Virus record (IMG/VR): IMGVR_UViG_3300018493_000089
Span: 1 to 64,000 of that record
DNA: 64,000 nt
Reading direction: 5' to 3' (one strand)
Source: a virus
Lineage: Duplodnaviria; Heunggongvirae; Uroviricota; Caudoviricetes
Shown here: one piece after another, positions 30,723-42,926 of the stretch
How positions within the stretch are numbered: the stretch's first letter is position 1
How the letters are laid out: every line of letters starts with the position of its first letter
Program-made: the position numbers and the translations under genes
Notes under the pieces: generated by a model
The model's database searches: none
Told to the model about the DNA's origin: nothing
What the model saw: only the letters and a program-made list of their open reading frames with translations

Positions 30723-33700
30723 TTAAATAGTCGCAAATTTACCAGTGCCATTATTATAATAATATCGTTGTTCAACACGATCATATAAACAAGCAATACC
30801 ACGATAATCAATCATTGGTAAATAATCTCTAATTAAAATGTCATTATCATATATTTTACAAGAATATAGTCTGCCAACAAATCCATGACCATCACCACCA
30901 TCAGGTTGATTGTCTCTAAACAATCGTAATTCACATGTTGCATCAAATGGGATGTATTGATGTTCTCCGATAACAATATTGTCAAAACTAATTTGATTTT
31001 TATTAGCATCCACAATATGCCGCCCAATCATATTATATTGGAATGTGATATCTGATTGTTCGCCATAAGATGATAGCATTGAATGTGGTGCTATATTTAC
31101 ATTTTGAGAATATATACAGAACGCTTGTCTGCATTCATTATTTCGTGATGAAAATAATGTATAATAGCCAATAGCGTCTTGTTGTAAAATTTCATAGTTA
31201 AATACAACTCGAGTATTTTCGTCTGGTACAAATCCAGTATTGATATATTGATTACCATCACACGTTAAATAATTTACTGGAATCGAATCAGATTGGTTTG
31301 AATAAAAACTTCCTGTGCCTTGATTATAATAATACTGTTTTGTTACACAATCATATAAACAAACAATTCCATTTCCATCTTGAGCAGGAATATAATCTCT
31401 TACAAGGGTACTATTATGGTCATAAATTGCCATATTGTATAATTTTGCTGGTAAAAACTCACCAGCACGACCATTATTATTTAGTGCAAAAATATAAAGT
31501 GGATTTGCAGTTCTTACGCCAGTATCATTAGTGCCAGTTTGACCAGAACATATTATATTATTATTGATAATTAATGTAATATTATTTGCAAATGTTTGTA
31601 GTGCAATACAATATTTCGTATCAATAGTTTCGCCATTAGATGGTATATTTAAATATCCGCCATCGCCAAGTCCAAATTGATATAAATAGTTATACTGATT
31701 GTATTGATAAGGAAATCCCCAAAAGAACTGTTGTCCAAATTGCTCTGCATCTCTTGCACCAACAATCATACCTTGATATAGGCTAGGGTATTCAATATTT
31801 AACCTTGCCATATACCCATTTGGAACGGAAAGGTTAGTATTAATATATTGTGTTCCAGTTGAACCAATATATTTTAATGATTGCATACCAATTGGCGCTG
31901 CAACAAACTTTCCAAATCCTTGGTTATAGTAATATTTTTGTTCAACACGGTCATACACACAAGCAACATCATTTTCATCTAATGCTGGAATGAAATCACG
32001 AATTAAGACATTTTTATTATATAGTTTACAACCAAAAAATCTGATTTTTGAAAACTCGTTAACAGAACCATTATCATTGTCTGCAAAAATAACAATATTG
32101 TGTGGGCAAGTAAATTGAGTTGCTGTGCTGGTAAAAGCAACAGTATCATTAAAATACACATTATTGTTATCTAAATTTAATGCAACATTATATCGTGTAT
32201 TAACACCTGTATAACATGCTGCAGCTGTAGGTTCTAGTTTGTTTGAACCACGGCAACAATAATATTTGCCATCATTACTAAATCCGACATACAATGCATT
32301 TTCATTATGTACAACTCTAGAACCAAGAACCATATTATATTTGCTAATACATTCAATTGGTGTGAAATCAATGTTGTATGTAATATTTTCACTTGGTTTA
32401 ACGCCAGTATCAATCTATTGTTGACCAGTTGATTCGATAAATGCAATTTGTCTGACTTTTGCATCTTGGTATACAAATTGTCCGTTGCCTTTATTATAAT
32501 GAAATTTTCTATTTACCTTGTCATATAAACATGGAATATTATTTATATCTAACACTGGAATAAAATCACGAACTAAAATATCATTATCATAAATTTGACA
32601 ACCAAATAATCTCATAGTAGAGAACAAACTAGCAGTACCATTCAAAACTTCTGCAAATAAAATTAGTGGTGCTACGCCATCAAATGTAACATATTCATGT
32701 GTAATTTTCTTATCGTTGAATAAAACTACATTTTTGTTGTGGTCTACAATATGTCGATTATGTGGAACAGTATCAATAAAAATACCGGTATCATTATAAA
32801 AATTACTACGAAATTGACCATTTGGATTTCTCCATAAGGCGAACTCATTTGTATGTGGAGATGAAGTACGAGATGAATAAACAGCACCCCAAGAACTAGG
32901 ATCAACCGTATATTGAAAATCTATTACAACTCTTGTATTAGAATTTGGAGTATACTCTGTATCAATATATTGACTGCCAGTAGACTCGATAAATGGTATC
33001 TCTTCATAAATACCAATAATTTCATTTGTACTTAAACTATAATAAGGATAAAATTCTTCCATAGTAACATTCATTGTGCCATTTGGATGATCAGAAGAAA
33101 TATTTTTAATAATCCAATCTTTAATTTCGCCAGATTCACTATATTTAAATCTCACTTTTTCATTTCCTTGTAACCAAGGGATATACACCATATCTAAAGT
33201 AACTGTACAACCAATACGAGATGATAAATATGTTTCATGTTCAGCTCTTGCGACACAATCATCTACAGCTTGAATATCATCGTACTCTCCGCCCTGAAAT
33301 GATTTTAATCGTTCTCCAATTTTTTCAATCGCAAAAGGGGAATCTGGTGCTATTGTATATGAAATATGATCACAATGATGTTTTTTCACATCTGCTTTTT
33401 TTTCGTCAAGAGTAGGTTTTGTATTTCTTAATTTATTAACAGCCTGAATTTGCCATTGTCCTAAAGCATACATAGAATTTCTTCTGTATCTGAAAACAAA
33501 AGTAGAATTTGCAACAAAGAAATTTGCTTCAATTGCTTCTTCTAGGCTATTTGTAATATTATATAAACCAACCAACACTTCTTCAGATGATTCGTCTTTT
33601 TTATTCTAAATCGCAATTTTTGATCCAGCGTTTGAATTAATGAATGGCATTTTAACTGCAAATTTTGTGCTTGTAGGTAAACTACCATCATCATTTAAAG

Positions 33701-34562
33701 CGAGTCCTTTGAAATGTGCGGAGTATGTGTTTAAAGTAACATCATACTCACAAATTTCTGTATGATAATCTGTATCTAAGCATTTACCCCAAACCTTACT
33801 TACATTTCTAATGTCTTTCAAAACGCCATTATCAACTTCAGAAACATATAAATTTTGCAAAATATTGTTGTCTAAAACAATAGGATCGGACTCTTCCATA
33901 GGAATTTGTTTACAAATAAATGTACCATCGGTATCAAAATACATTTCATAAGAAGGGTAAAGGTCTCTGAGTTTTGTTAAAATTGTCCACACAGTATCTG
34001 TCGCACTAAATTCTAAATCATAAGGAACAAGTTGTGGCATGTCTGCAATATTATATCTCGTAAAAGGAGAGAAGGTTGTTAATACATAAATCATTGCATC
34101 ACGTACACTAACATTTTCCTCAGCCTTAATTACAACCTCTAAATCTTCTAAACTGCCATCAACATCACCATTTAATTTACAGACCAAATCAGAGCAATTT
34201 ACTTGTAGAATTCTTGTTTGTGGATTATAAGAATAATCTGTCATAACAAAAATACCTTTGTCATACCATAAAACATCCTCGTGAAAAGGTACTTGTACAC
34301 CAAAGAAAATTTTTACATATTGATCAATCCAAAGCAATCTGTCTTCTGAAATGCCAACATTTTTATTGATAACACCTAATGTCATACTCAATGTATTTCT
34401 AATATCAGAATCAACATTAGTTGAAATACTTCCAGATATATATTCATGCTTCATCTCATAAATTGTTTGAAATTTATCATTCAATAATAAAATCTTTACA
34501 TGCAATATTTTTTGCGGAAATTTTAAAGCATCAATATCAATTTGGGTAGGGTAATAAGCCAT
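30723..34562 (-). CDS. large (~1279 aa) tail fibre / receptor-binding protein made of three track ORFs joined by 2 in-frame TAG; four ~45-aa repeats
   Basis: TAGs at 33606-33608 and 32415-32417 are in frame and stop-free. Repeats STGSQYIDT / STGTQYINT / DGNQYINT versus STGQQ*IDT, and four copies of FGC.IYDNDILVRDFIP.LD....CLYD.V...YYYN.G.G.F. Confidence 0.5.
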
Positions 34563-35458
34563 TAATTACCCACCTCCAAAAATTCAACAAATCCATTATA
34601 ATATAGATCTTCATTACTATTTACATCGCCAACTTCAACGAAATTTACTGTTGTATGCACTAAGTCGGGATGACCATTTGTTGCTTCATTAATAGTATCA
34701 ATTGCAGATGCTAGATAGATTCGACCATCATAGAATTTAACAATTTTAGTTCTTTGATTGTCAATGAAATCTCTAAACGCTTTTCTATATCTCCATCCAT
34801 TATCGACATCCCATTGACATGTATTTCTATTTAATTCAATCATAGCACCAGTCACAGAGAATTTATCATATCTTGACTGACCATAATAATAAACATAAGG
34901 GTATTTAGAATTCACTGGTTCAATCATTGTAGATTTAATTTGTCTAGTCAGATTATCACTAGCGAAATCCAAAATTACTTGATATGTATTTGTTTTATCT
35001 ACAATAAAGCAACCATCAAATTCTACATCAACACTAATTGTTTGATAAGAACCTTCAACGCCATTAACAATAGGGACAGCAGCATACTCATATGTTGTAT
35101 TTGATGCTACAACCACATCATTAAAGAAGAAATCAAAGTCAGCTTCTGTTTTTACAGGGAATGTGTAAAGAGTAGACCATTTATAATCATCAACTTTTCT
35201 CTTTTTAATTACCATGTCACTAATAGAAGCGAGTGTAAAACCAACATTACCAGCTAAAATATTGTTTTGGAATTTCGCATTCATTAATGTTGTATGACCC
35301 CATGTTGGAATATTTGTGTCTGCCGGAGCAGAAACATCTGAATCCATCTACACTTCATCAAACACGGCATTAGTAATTTCTACATATTCCGTAGATTGTG
35401 GGGAAATAGGTGTTGCGTCTAAAGATGAGGCATAACTAACAAATCCTCCTAAAAACAT
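34562..35458 (-). CDS. tail/baseplate protein (1 in-frame TAG at 35348)
   Basis: ATG at 35458 overlaps the upstream TGA. A 36-codon open frame precedes the track's Met. Confidence 0.45.
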
Positions 35459-36621
35459 CATTCTACATCACTTCCTTCCACAATTTCTTCAATGAGTTCT
35501 TCAGGATTAGATGGTTCTGGTATATTAACATCATTATTTTCTGGAATTTCTAATGGTGTAATAACTAAATCAAATAAACCATTTACATGTCGAACATAAA
35601 TATGAACCTGCTGATCCCCAATTAAAGGGGAAATACGATTACTTACTTGTCTATATTTTAACTGCTCAGAACCAACATAATGGAATGTAGTTAACTCCGC
35701 ATAATATTTTACTTCTCCAGAATCATCAAAAGTCCCATAATTCCATGTAATTATTGCTTTTACTGATTTCATATTAAATGTAATCATTTTTGTGAAGTCT
35801 GGAATATTGCTTAACCTCATATCCCATGTGAAATTTTTAGCAGAAAAACCAGAATCCCAATATACTGTCTCTCCATTTAAAAGACTAATTTTTTCATCAT
35901 CAATATAAACCAATTCTGATTCATCAATATTAGAATCGCCTTCTACTAAAACATAATGTGCAGACAGTCTGACACTACCTTCTTCTGCAATATTATCTGC
36001 TCTAAATGCTAAGAACATGTCTGGCTTTAAATAATCACACAGTACTTCAATAAAACCAGTATCAATCTCCATACCATGAACTGTTTCGCCAGTTGCACGA
36101 AGATAAAATGTATTATCATCCACCAAACCTGTCACTCTTGTTATCATAGAGTCGCCAGAATATTTATAACCAGAATTATAAACAACGGTTGTTTGATTTG
36201 AAGCATAAAGGGTGACAATATATTCGTTTAGCAGCTCTCCATTTTCTTGAGAGTAATGTAATTCTGCATCAATATATGAACTTCTAATAGTTAATCCGTT
36301 TGTCACATTTGAAAAAGTAAATATTGGTGTCGCAAGACACTGAACGATAATAATATTACTCAATGGACTTTCAATATTTTCGTGATCAAACACAGATACT
36401 TGAACATTATAAGTAACACCATTTTGCAAAGTATTTGCGGGGATTGTCACATATGTTGTCATCGCATCATTTTTTTGATCATATACGATTGCATTAGTCG
36501 TGTTGTTTTTTACAATAACTCTATTTGCAAAAATCTGAGAACCGTTATATGTGAACTGCAGTATATGGTTAAGTGTTGCATCAAAAGGTACTGAGTTTAA
36601 TAAAATAGGGGAGACCGCCAT
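35458..36621 (-). CDS. tail protein (distal tail/baseplate candidate)
   Basis: ORF of 387 aa positioned just after the giant tail gene. Confidence 0.4.
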   Translation of the reverse strand: MAVSPILLNSVPFDATLNHILQFTYNGSQIFANRVIVKNNTTNAIVYDQKNDAMTTYVTIPANTLQNGVTYNVQVSVFDHENIESPLSNIIIVQCLATPIFTFSNVTNGLTIRSSYIDAELHYSQENGELLNEYIVTLYASNQTTVVYNSGYKYSGDSMITRVTGLVDDNTFYLRATGETVHGMEIDTGFIEVLCDYLKPDMFLAFRADNIAEEGSVRLSAHYVLVEGDSNIDESELVYIDDEKISLLNGETVYWDSGFSAKNFTWDMRLSNIPDFTKMITFNMKSVKAIITWNYGTFDDSGEVKYYAELTTFHYVGSEQLKYRQVSNRISPLIGDQQVHIYVRHVNGLFDLVITPLEIPENNDVNIPEPSNPEELIEEIVEGSDVE

Positions 36622-36654
36622 TTAATAATCACCGCCTTATCTGTTTGGATATAT

Positions 36655-36889
36655 CTATAAATCATCTGGGTTTGTTTTGCCTTGTGGAAACAATACATGT
36701 ACTGTTTCATTTATTGCAAATGTAAATCCAGATTTAATTTCGTAATTTGCATCATAAATTTGAACTTTATATTTACCATTTGGTAAAACTCCAATGATTC
36801 GACCACGTTTTGTTATATCAAAGTTAAATTTTGTTTCTTGAATAATAATATTAAACGCATCAATCACTTTTTGTGTTTCAGGAGACATA
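36655..36889 (-). CDS. small hypothetical tail-associated protein
   Basis: RBS GGAGGTGG sits 6 nt before ATG 36889. Confidence 0.4.
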
Positions 36890-36900
36890 ATCCACCTCCA

Positions 36901-36930
36901 TATAAAAAGGAGAGGGGTCAACCTCTCCTT
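36901..36930 (-). terminator. terminator (AAGGAGAGG-ggtcaa-CCTCTCCTT + T-run)
   Basis: 9-bp stem. Confidence 0.5.
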
Positions 36931-39900
36931 ATCGTGTACTCATATACTGTTTGGCTAAATTAGGCAGATTCTGAATATCTCTAATAAAGCCACTTACATC
37001 TTGAACATTAGGTAATGCAATAGAATCAATATGATAAGAGTTCTGAATTGTACTAGATGGTCTAGGCACAATTGCACCACCGATTGTTTCCATAACAACT
37101 TTTTTAATATTTTCAGCAGGATTTATACCAAAATTCCAAAGATTTTTGGTAACATCTGCTGGTATTACAGAGCCGCCTTTGGCAATACGAACATACCTAC
37201 CTTCATCTGGCTCAATGACAAATTCTGCACCTTTTTCATCGATATTATAAATATCAGATTTAAGATTTAAACCGCCTTTGGCTTTTTTCTTTTTCTTATC
37301 ATCAGTTTTAATAACCTGAGACCCATCAGTGCCACCAGAATATCCGTTTTGATTACGAATACTTTCAGCTTGACTGTGAGCTGCTGCCATGCCAGCTGTA
37401 TCACCTTTAGCTTTTGCATCATTATATGCCTTTTGTGCAGCTTTAATTCCGTCAGAGTCTGACTGAGAGATTGTTGTAGAAACGCCGTTGCTACCATTAA
37501 CGGTAACAGAGCCGCCTCCGCCACCGCCACCACTGCTAGGTCGACCGCCATTTCCACTACCACCAGATGATCCAGAACCACTAACGCTGATATTGACATT
37601 CATTCCTTCTTGGAATTCACTTTTTAATCCATTTGTAGCATCTGTTAATTCTCCAGTAGCATCTGTGTTGTCTTCAAGATTATCACTATTACCATGGATA
37701 GCATCTGTGTTTCCAGTTAAATTGGTTGAGTTTTTGTCTATATTTTTACTAGATTCTCTTAACTCTCTAACTTGTTCTTCGGTATACGCATTCGCTTCTT
37801 GTTTAGTAATAGTTTTACCAGTGTTGGGGTCAGTGTATTTTATTGTTGTCCAATAAGTTTCCCCACTATCACTATAACCATCGCTGACTACTTGCTTATT
37901 CCACCCAGACAAGTCTTCCCCTTTAGAAGATACTGATTTTTTAGTTCCATCAGGGTCGTAATGACCTCCACCAGATAATTGAACAAGTTTTTTCGCTTCT
38001 TCTGCTGTTAGTACACCACTATCAATAAGTTTTTGTACCTCTTTTTGGTTTGAAGCATCTAGACCCCAAATAGATTTTGTTGTACCAATAATACCAGCTA
38101 CAGGGGCTCCACCATAAGCATCACTACGACTGTTTTCGTGGAATACAGTGCTATATCCATCAGCACCAATTCTATTGTAATCCTTGCCATCAACTAAAGG
38201 TCTTAATGTGCCATCCAGATATTGTGCTCGTACAGCATCAGCCAATTCATGAAGGCGATCCATTAGTTCTGTATTGCCTTGTGCTTTTGCTGTATTCCAA
38301 GCTGCTTGTAGTTGTTTAACATAAGCCTGATCTTCAGGAGACATCATACTGTCATTGAAGTTTTCTAGTGTTCCAGAGACTATGCCTTCTATAATCTCTT
38401 CTTGCTCTAGAATAGGTACTTCAAAATTACTAATTGCGTACGCCAAATCATCTAAAGCGTAAATCATATTACCAATTTTAACAGTATTTTCATCAACGCT
38501 GACGCTATTGCCATCTAAAGAATCAATATTTTCAAATATTGAACCAAGCTGATCAGATGTTAAAGTATTGTTTTCGCCAATTGCTTTGGCAAGATACTCA
38601 TCACCAATAATACTGCGGATTACAGTATCGATATGTTTCTCTGCAGTATCAATAATGTCTTGAGTTTTTTTGCTATTGTTATATAATGCACCAGTTAATT
38701 CAACTGTTTCAGTTTTAAATGCTGTGCCCCATAAATTATCTGAAGGAGGAGTAGTATATTTATTATCAATTTTTGTGCTAGTAAACTTACCGTTTTCATC
38801 TTTCGCATCAATACGATAAGTGCCACCTTTAGTATAAATATAGTCTCCTACCTGGGCTTGAGAGGGTGCTTTGCCATCTCGCTGAACATACCAATGTTTT
38901 CTTGTTGTTTGTCCGCTTTGACCAGCATGTAGTGCTGCATCATCCATAGCAATGTACATCTGCATCATTGCTTGGAATAATTTCATTGTTTGCTGATAAC
39001 TCTCATTAGTCTTCTTGTTTAACTCTTCTGTTAAATCAAAAATATCTTGTTGGATATCAAAATAATTATCTTTGAAATCTTTATAAACATCGATACGGTC
39101 ATTTAAGATATCAGATTCCCAATCTGCGCCTAAAAGTTGTTCTGCAATTAAGGCATTTTGATATTTTTCAAATAACTCAGGAATTTCAGACCATTTTTCC
39201 TGTAATTTCTCTAATGCTTCTTTTTGCTCTTCAAGTTTAGAAATAGTTTCTTCATATCTTAAATCAGATAAAGCCTCTTCTGCTTCACGAATTGCGTCCT
39301 CATCAGCCTCATAAATAAAGCCTAAACCTTTTCTCAATACTCTACGAGTCTTTTGAGAATTAGCTTTATCCAATGCGGCTTGGGCTTTTTGCAGGTCTAA
39401 CGCTTCTCTGCGTTCTTCGTTAGCTTTGTTTAAAGCATCAATTTCTTCATCAATTTTTTTCGCTCTTTCATCAAGCAAATCATTGATTGCAGATAAAACA
39501 GAATCTTGATCTTCTTGCTCAAGTTCTTTGATTTCGATTTCTTTTTCAATACGAGCTTCATAATAAGACATGTATGCCTTCATTAGCGCTTTGATTTCAT
39601 CTTTTTTGCCTTCAAAATCATCTTTTGCAAGTTGTCCAAGACGTTTTAGTGAACGAATCATTAAATCCTCATAATGAGCAATAGAGTCGCCCATAGTAGA
39701 TTCGCTATCATTTAAAAGATCAATTAATATTTCAATATCATCAATTGTTGAATCAAAGTGTTTTTTCTCCAACTCTTCTATGGATTTCTTTGTTTCAAGA
39801 ATAGAGTAGGAGAGCTCCGTCCATTGTTCGGCAGAATCTTTATTAGCATCATTTAATTCATAAGTTTCATCAATGATTTTTTCATACTTTTTAATCTGAT

Positions 39901-42448
39901 CCTCAGACAAAGTATTTAAACGCTCAATGTTATTGATTTTTAGATGGTCTGTTTTTGGGTCATATGTAACATTAAATCCGCCAGCTCGCAATTCAGCAAC
40001 TTTATTTGCAATTTCCTTGTCTCTTGCATTATTTAATGCGTCTAGGGCATCTTTTTGCTCTTGATATAAACCAATCAGCTTGTCTTGTAACGCTATTTGC
40101 TCTGAAATATCGTCTGTATGCTCATATGCCTGATTTAGGTGTGTAATTTTTAATTCAACATCTTCTACAGCGTCAGATAAATCTTTAAATTTATCAATAT
40201 CTGCTTGATAAGGATCTGAAGACGAACCGCCTCCAGATTTACCACCGCCAACAGGAGCAGCATAATCTACCTTTGTTACAGCATTATTAATAGCACTACT
40301 AATATTTTGTGCTAAATAATCCACAGTAGACATTCCAGACCTTTCTGCTTGTCTGGCAACTTTTCTTTGATTTGCTTTGCTAACAAGTTCTGCAGCAACA
40401 CCAGCATTTACAGCAAGAGTTTTTAGTGCAGTTATTTGTTGGCTAAAATCTAAGCCTTGATTATTGGTTTGAATCATCTGAATCTGTAATTGATATAACA
40501 TATCTCTTGTTACACCAATCGCAGAATTTTCTTGAGCAAATTTTACAATTGATTCATCTGTTATTTTTGTTAGGTCTTGTGATGCTAACCATGCACTAGC
40601 TTTTGCTTGTGCTAAAGCATAATTCGCAACTTCAACGGCGTTTAATGCACCTTCTTGTTCTAACCAAGCAACTGTTGCATCATAATTATCTTCTGTGATA
40701 TTTTTTAATGCTTCTGAATCATAAAAATATGCTGTGGCAAGATCATTAAATGCTTGTTGACATTTATTTATATCATTAGGAGAATTTGATATTACTTTTA
40801 AGAAATTATCATACTCTTTTGTGTAGCCTTTAAATTTTTCCGCAAATCCAGCATCAATTAAAGAGTTATAATCAAAACCTTCTCCATCTGCAACATCTTT
40901 GTAAATAGCATGGAATGCTTTTAATTCATCAGATGCTGTGCTTAGATTTTTGATATCTCCTTCAACGCTAATTTCAATAGGGCTGCTTTCAATATCATCT
41001 TTTAACTCATAATAGTTTTCGTGTAGATTATGAGTTTCATTAGCTACAGACTCTGCGTCAATAATAGCATTTTCGCCTTCAAATACCGCACCAATTTGTA
41101 AGTTTCTATAATCATCAGCGCCGTTTAATACTTCATTAGCATAATTCTCTAATTCTTCTGGTGTTAAAACGCCAACATAATTACCATTTTTATCAACAAT
41201 GATAGGTGTGAAGTTAATTGCTTTTGTTCCATCTTTATTGCTATATGTAGATGTATATACAGTAGCAGATCCTTCTCCGGCATCTGTCCAACCTTTTTTA
41301 GCCAATTCTTTAGCATCAATAACAGGTCGATTTGTTAAGTCAACATTTCCGCCTTGACCAATTTGTGATAATCTTTCTTCAATTGCAGCGGTAGAATCAC
41401 CCAATGCTGCATCATAAGACACAATAGATTTATCTAAAGTATCCATGCCAGATTCATAAATTGCCTGAAGTTCTTTTAATACTCTTTCATACGCAGTTCC
41501 TTCAAAAGCCCCGCTTTCAAGGGCGTTTGTTACCATTTCGTAAGAACTAGCATATTTAGTATATTGTTGAATTGCACTATCACGATAAGAACCCATTGAA
41601 GCCATATAATCAGCTTCTTGTTGTACCAATTTAATATATTCAGAACTATTTTTATCTGTGTCAGCAATTTGTTTACGAAGATCATTCAAATATTGAATAT
41701 CATTTTTTGCGGTTTGTGCAATGCCTTCAATATTACTTTTAGCAGTATCTGCGTCACCGCCATAAACTAAATCACCGTCTGAAAGAGCATCGCCAACACC
41801 AAATAATTGGCTTAACACAAGTCTCTGCTGTTCAATTTTTAGTAAGCGCTCTTGATAATCAAGTTGACGTTCTAAATATCCAAGATGTTTATTTTCAGCA
41901 CTTGTACGATTTGATTTTCCATTTAATTCATCGTACTCATTTTTCAGTGATTCTACTTTTCCAGTTAATTCATCTACAATTTCTTGCTGTTCTTCTGCTG
42001 TGATATTAACTTTATCAAAGATGTAAATTGCACCTTCAATAGCAAGAGACGCTGCAAGCATAACACCCATATTTCCGGCAGCCTTTAAAATATTCTTTCC
42101 GAAATTTTTCAGCGTTACATTGGCACCATTAACAGAATTCATTAATTTTGAATCTGATAACGACTTACGATTTGTTGATGTTAAATATTTTTCAATTGAT
42201 TTAGATGCGTCCCCAAACTCTGAGGCAATCTTAGATGGATCTTCGCCACCAAGATATCTTGTAATAATACCATTTGCAACATCTTTGCTAATTGTTGTTT
42301 TTCCACCAGTGAAAAAGCCTTTTAGGTCTTTTACCGAACAATTGACTTTTATATTATTGTCAAGATATAATATAAAATAGAGAGTAGGTGGAATTATGAA
42401 AAAAGATATATTTTTAAATACACAAATTTGCACCGTATGCGGATGCAT
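36929..42448 (-). CDS. giant (>1800 aa) tape-measure-like tail protein with N-terminal TM, long coiled coils and a Gly-rich tract; true start unresolved (no canonical start below 42396)
   Basis: TM GNMGVMLAASLAIEGAIYIF, coiled coils, GSGSSGGSGNGG..GGGGGGG, and C-terminal AKGGSVIPADV. Protein-like coding continues upstream to about 42395, where the plus-strand island begins. Confidence 0.5.
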   Translation of the reverse strand: MHPHTVQICVFKNISFFIIPPTLYFILYLDNNIKVNCSVKDLKGFFTGGKTTISKDVANGIITRYLGGEDPSKIASEFGDASKSIEKYLTSTNRKSLSDSKLMNSVNGANVTLKNFGKNILKAAGNMGVMLAASLAIEGAIYIFDKVNITAEEQQEIVDELTGKVESLKNEYDELNGKSNRTSAENKHLGYLERQLDYQERLLKIEQQRLVLSQLFGVGDALSDGDLVYGGDADTAKSNIEGIAQTAKNDIQYLNDLRKQIADTDKNSSEYIKLVQQEADYMASMGSYRDSAIQQYTKYASSYEMVTNALESGAFEGTAYERVLKELQAIYESGMDTLDKSIVSYDAALGDSTAAIEERLSQIGQGGNVDLTNRPVIDAKELAKKGWTDAGEGSATVYTSTYSNKDGTKAINFTPIIVDKNGNYVGVLTPEELENYANEVLNGADDYRNLQIGAVFEGENAIIDAESVANETHNLHENYYELKDDIESSPIEISVEGDIKNLSTASDELKAFHAIYKDVADGEGFDYNSLIDAGFAEKFKGYTKEYDNFLKVISNSPNDINKCQQAFNDLATAYFYDSEALKNITEDNYDATVAWLEQEGALNAVEVANYALAQAKASAWLASQDLTKITDESIVKFAQENSAIGVTRDMLYQLQIQMIQTNNQGLDFSQQITALKTLAVNAGVAAELVSKANQRKVARQAERSGMSTVDYLAQNISSAINNAVTKVDYAAPVGGGKSGGGSSSDPYQADIDKFKDLSDAVEDVELKITHLNQAYEHTDDISEQIALQDKLIGLYQEQKDALDALNNARDKEIANKVAELRAGGFNVTYDPKTDHLKINNIERLNTLSEDQIKKYEKIIDETYELNDANKDSAEQWTELSYSILETKKSIEELEKKHFDSTIDDIEILIDLLNDSESTMGDSIAHYEDLMIRSLKRLGQLAKDDFEGKKDEIKALMKAYMSYYEARIEKEIEIKELEQEDQDSVLSAINDLLDERAKKIDEEIDALNKANEERREALDLQKAQAALDKANSQKTRRVLRKGLGFIYEADEDAIREAEEALSDLRYEETISKLEEQKEALEKLQEKWSEIPELFEKYQNALIAEQLLGADWESDILNDRIDVYKDFKDNYFDIQQDIFDLTEELNKKTNESYQQTMKLFQAMMQMYIAMDDAALHAGQSGQTTRKHWYVQRDGKAPSQAQVGDYIYTKGGTYRIDAKDENGKFTSTKIDNKYTTPPSDNLWGTAFKTETVELTGALYNNSKKTQDIIDTAEKHIDTVIRSIIGDEYLAKAIGENNTLTSDQLGSIFENIDSLDGNSVSVDENTVKIGNMIYALDDLAYAISNFEVPILEQEEIIEGIVSGTLENFNDSMMSPEDQAYVKQLQAAWNTAKAQGNTELMDRLHELADAVRAQYLDGTLRPLVDGKDYNRIGADGYSTVFHENSRSDAYGGAPVAGIIGTTKSIWGLDASNQKEVQKLIDSGVLTAEEAKKLVQLSGGGHYDPDGTKKSVSSKGEDLSGWNKQVVSDGYSDSGETYWTTIKYTDPNTGKTITKQEANAYTEEQVRELRESSKNIDKNSTNLTGNTDAIHGNSDNLEDNTDATGELTDATNGLKSEFQEGMNVNISVSGSGSSGGSGNGGRPSSGGGGGGGSVTVNGSNGVSTTISQSDSDGIKAAQKAYNDAKAKGDTAGMAAAHSQAESIRNQNGYSGGTDGSQVIKTDDKKKKKAKGGLNLKSDIYNIDEKGAEFVIEPDEGRYVRIAKGGSVIPADVTKNLWNFGINPAENIKKVVMETIGGAIVPRPSSTIQNSYHIDSIALPNVQDVSGFIRDIQNLPNLAKQYMSTR
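42342..42371 (+). promoter_or_regulatory. sigma70-like promoter of the plus-strand island (TTGACT -17/18- TATAAT)
   Basis: -35 at 42342 and -10 at about 42366. RBS GGTGG follows, then ATG 42396. Confidence 0.4.
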
Positions 42449-42881
42449 ATCCGAAGGGGCTGGCGACAGGCAATGTTATTATTGCAATGGCAAAACAGCC
42501 GTGTTAGAAGGAATTAATTTCTGGAATTTTGATGGTCATCGTGGAGATCTTGTTTTAACAACACAAGAAGATAGAGATAAAATTAGATTAAATTTCCAGC
42601 CAAAAGAAATGTATGACCAAAGGGCATGGTTATGTCGTGAACACTATGAAGAATCTTGGCATAAGTTTGGAATTCCAGATGATATTTGGGGTACAAAATA
42701 TCAAAATATAATAACCGAATATAATCCAGATGTAATTCCTGCTCAATGTCCTCATTGCACCAGCTACTTCACAACAAAAATATCAACTGGTAGTAAACTA
42801 TTCTCTGTTGGCTTATTTGGTCTTGCATCAAATAAAGTAGGGAAACAATGGTATTGCCACACTTGTAAAACTTATTTCTAA
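42396..42881 (+). CDS. Cys-rich double zinc-ribbon protein (moron)
   Basis: CTVCGC...CYYC at the N-terminus and CPHC...CHTC at the C-terminus. Its own promoter, and opposite orientation to the flanking tail genes. Confidence 0.5.
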   Translation: MKKDIFLNTQICTVCGCISEGAGDRQCYYCNGKTAVLEGINFWNFDGHRGDLVLTTQEDRDKIRLNFQPKEMYDQRAWLCREHYEESWHKFGIPDDIWGTKYQNIITEYNPDVIPAQCPHCTSYFTTKISTGSKLFSVGLFGLASNKVGKQWYCHTCKTYF

Positions 42882-42926
42882 GGTGATGACCAATGAAATT
42901 GAATCAGAATATAGCAAATTTAATCT

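Noticed and set aside
37488-37856. Pro-rich plus-strand ORF (PPPPPPLLGRPPFP)
   Set aside because: It is the reverse-complement reading of the Gly-rich tract (GGN repeats) of the giant tail protein gene.
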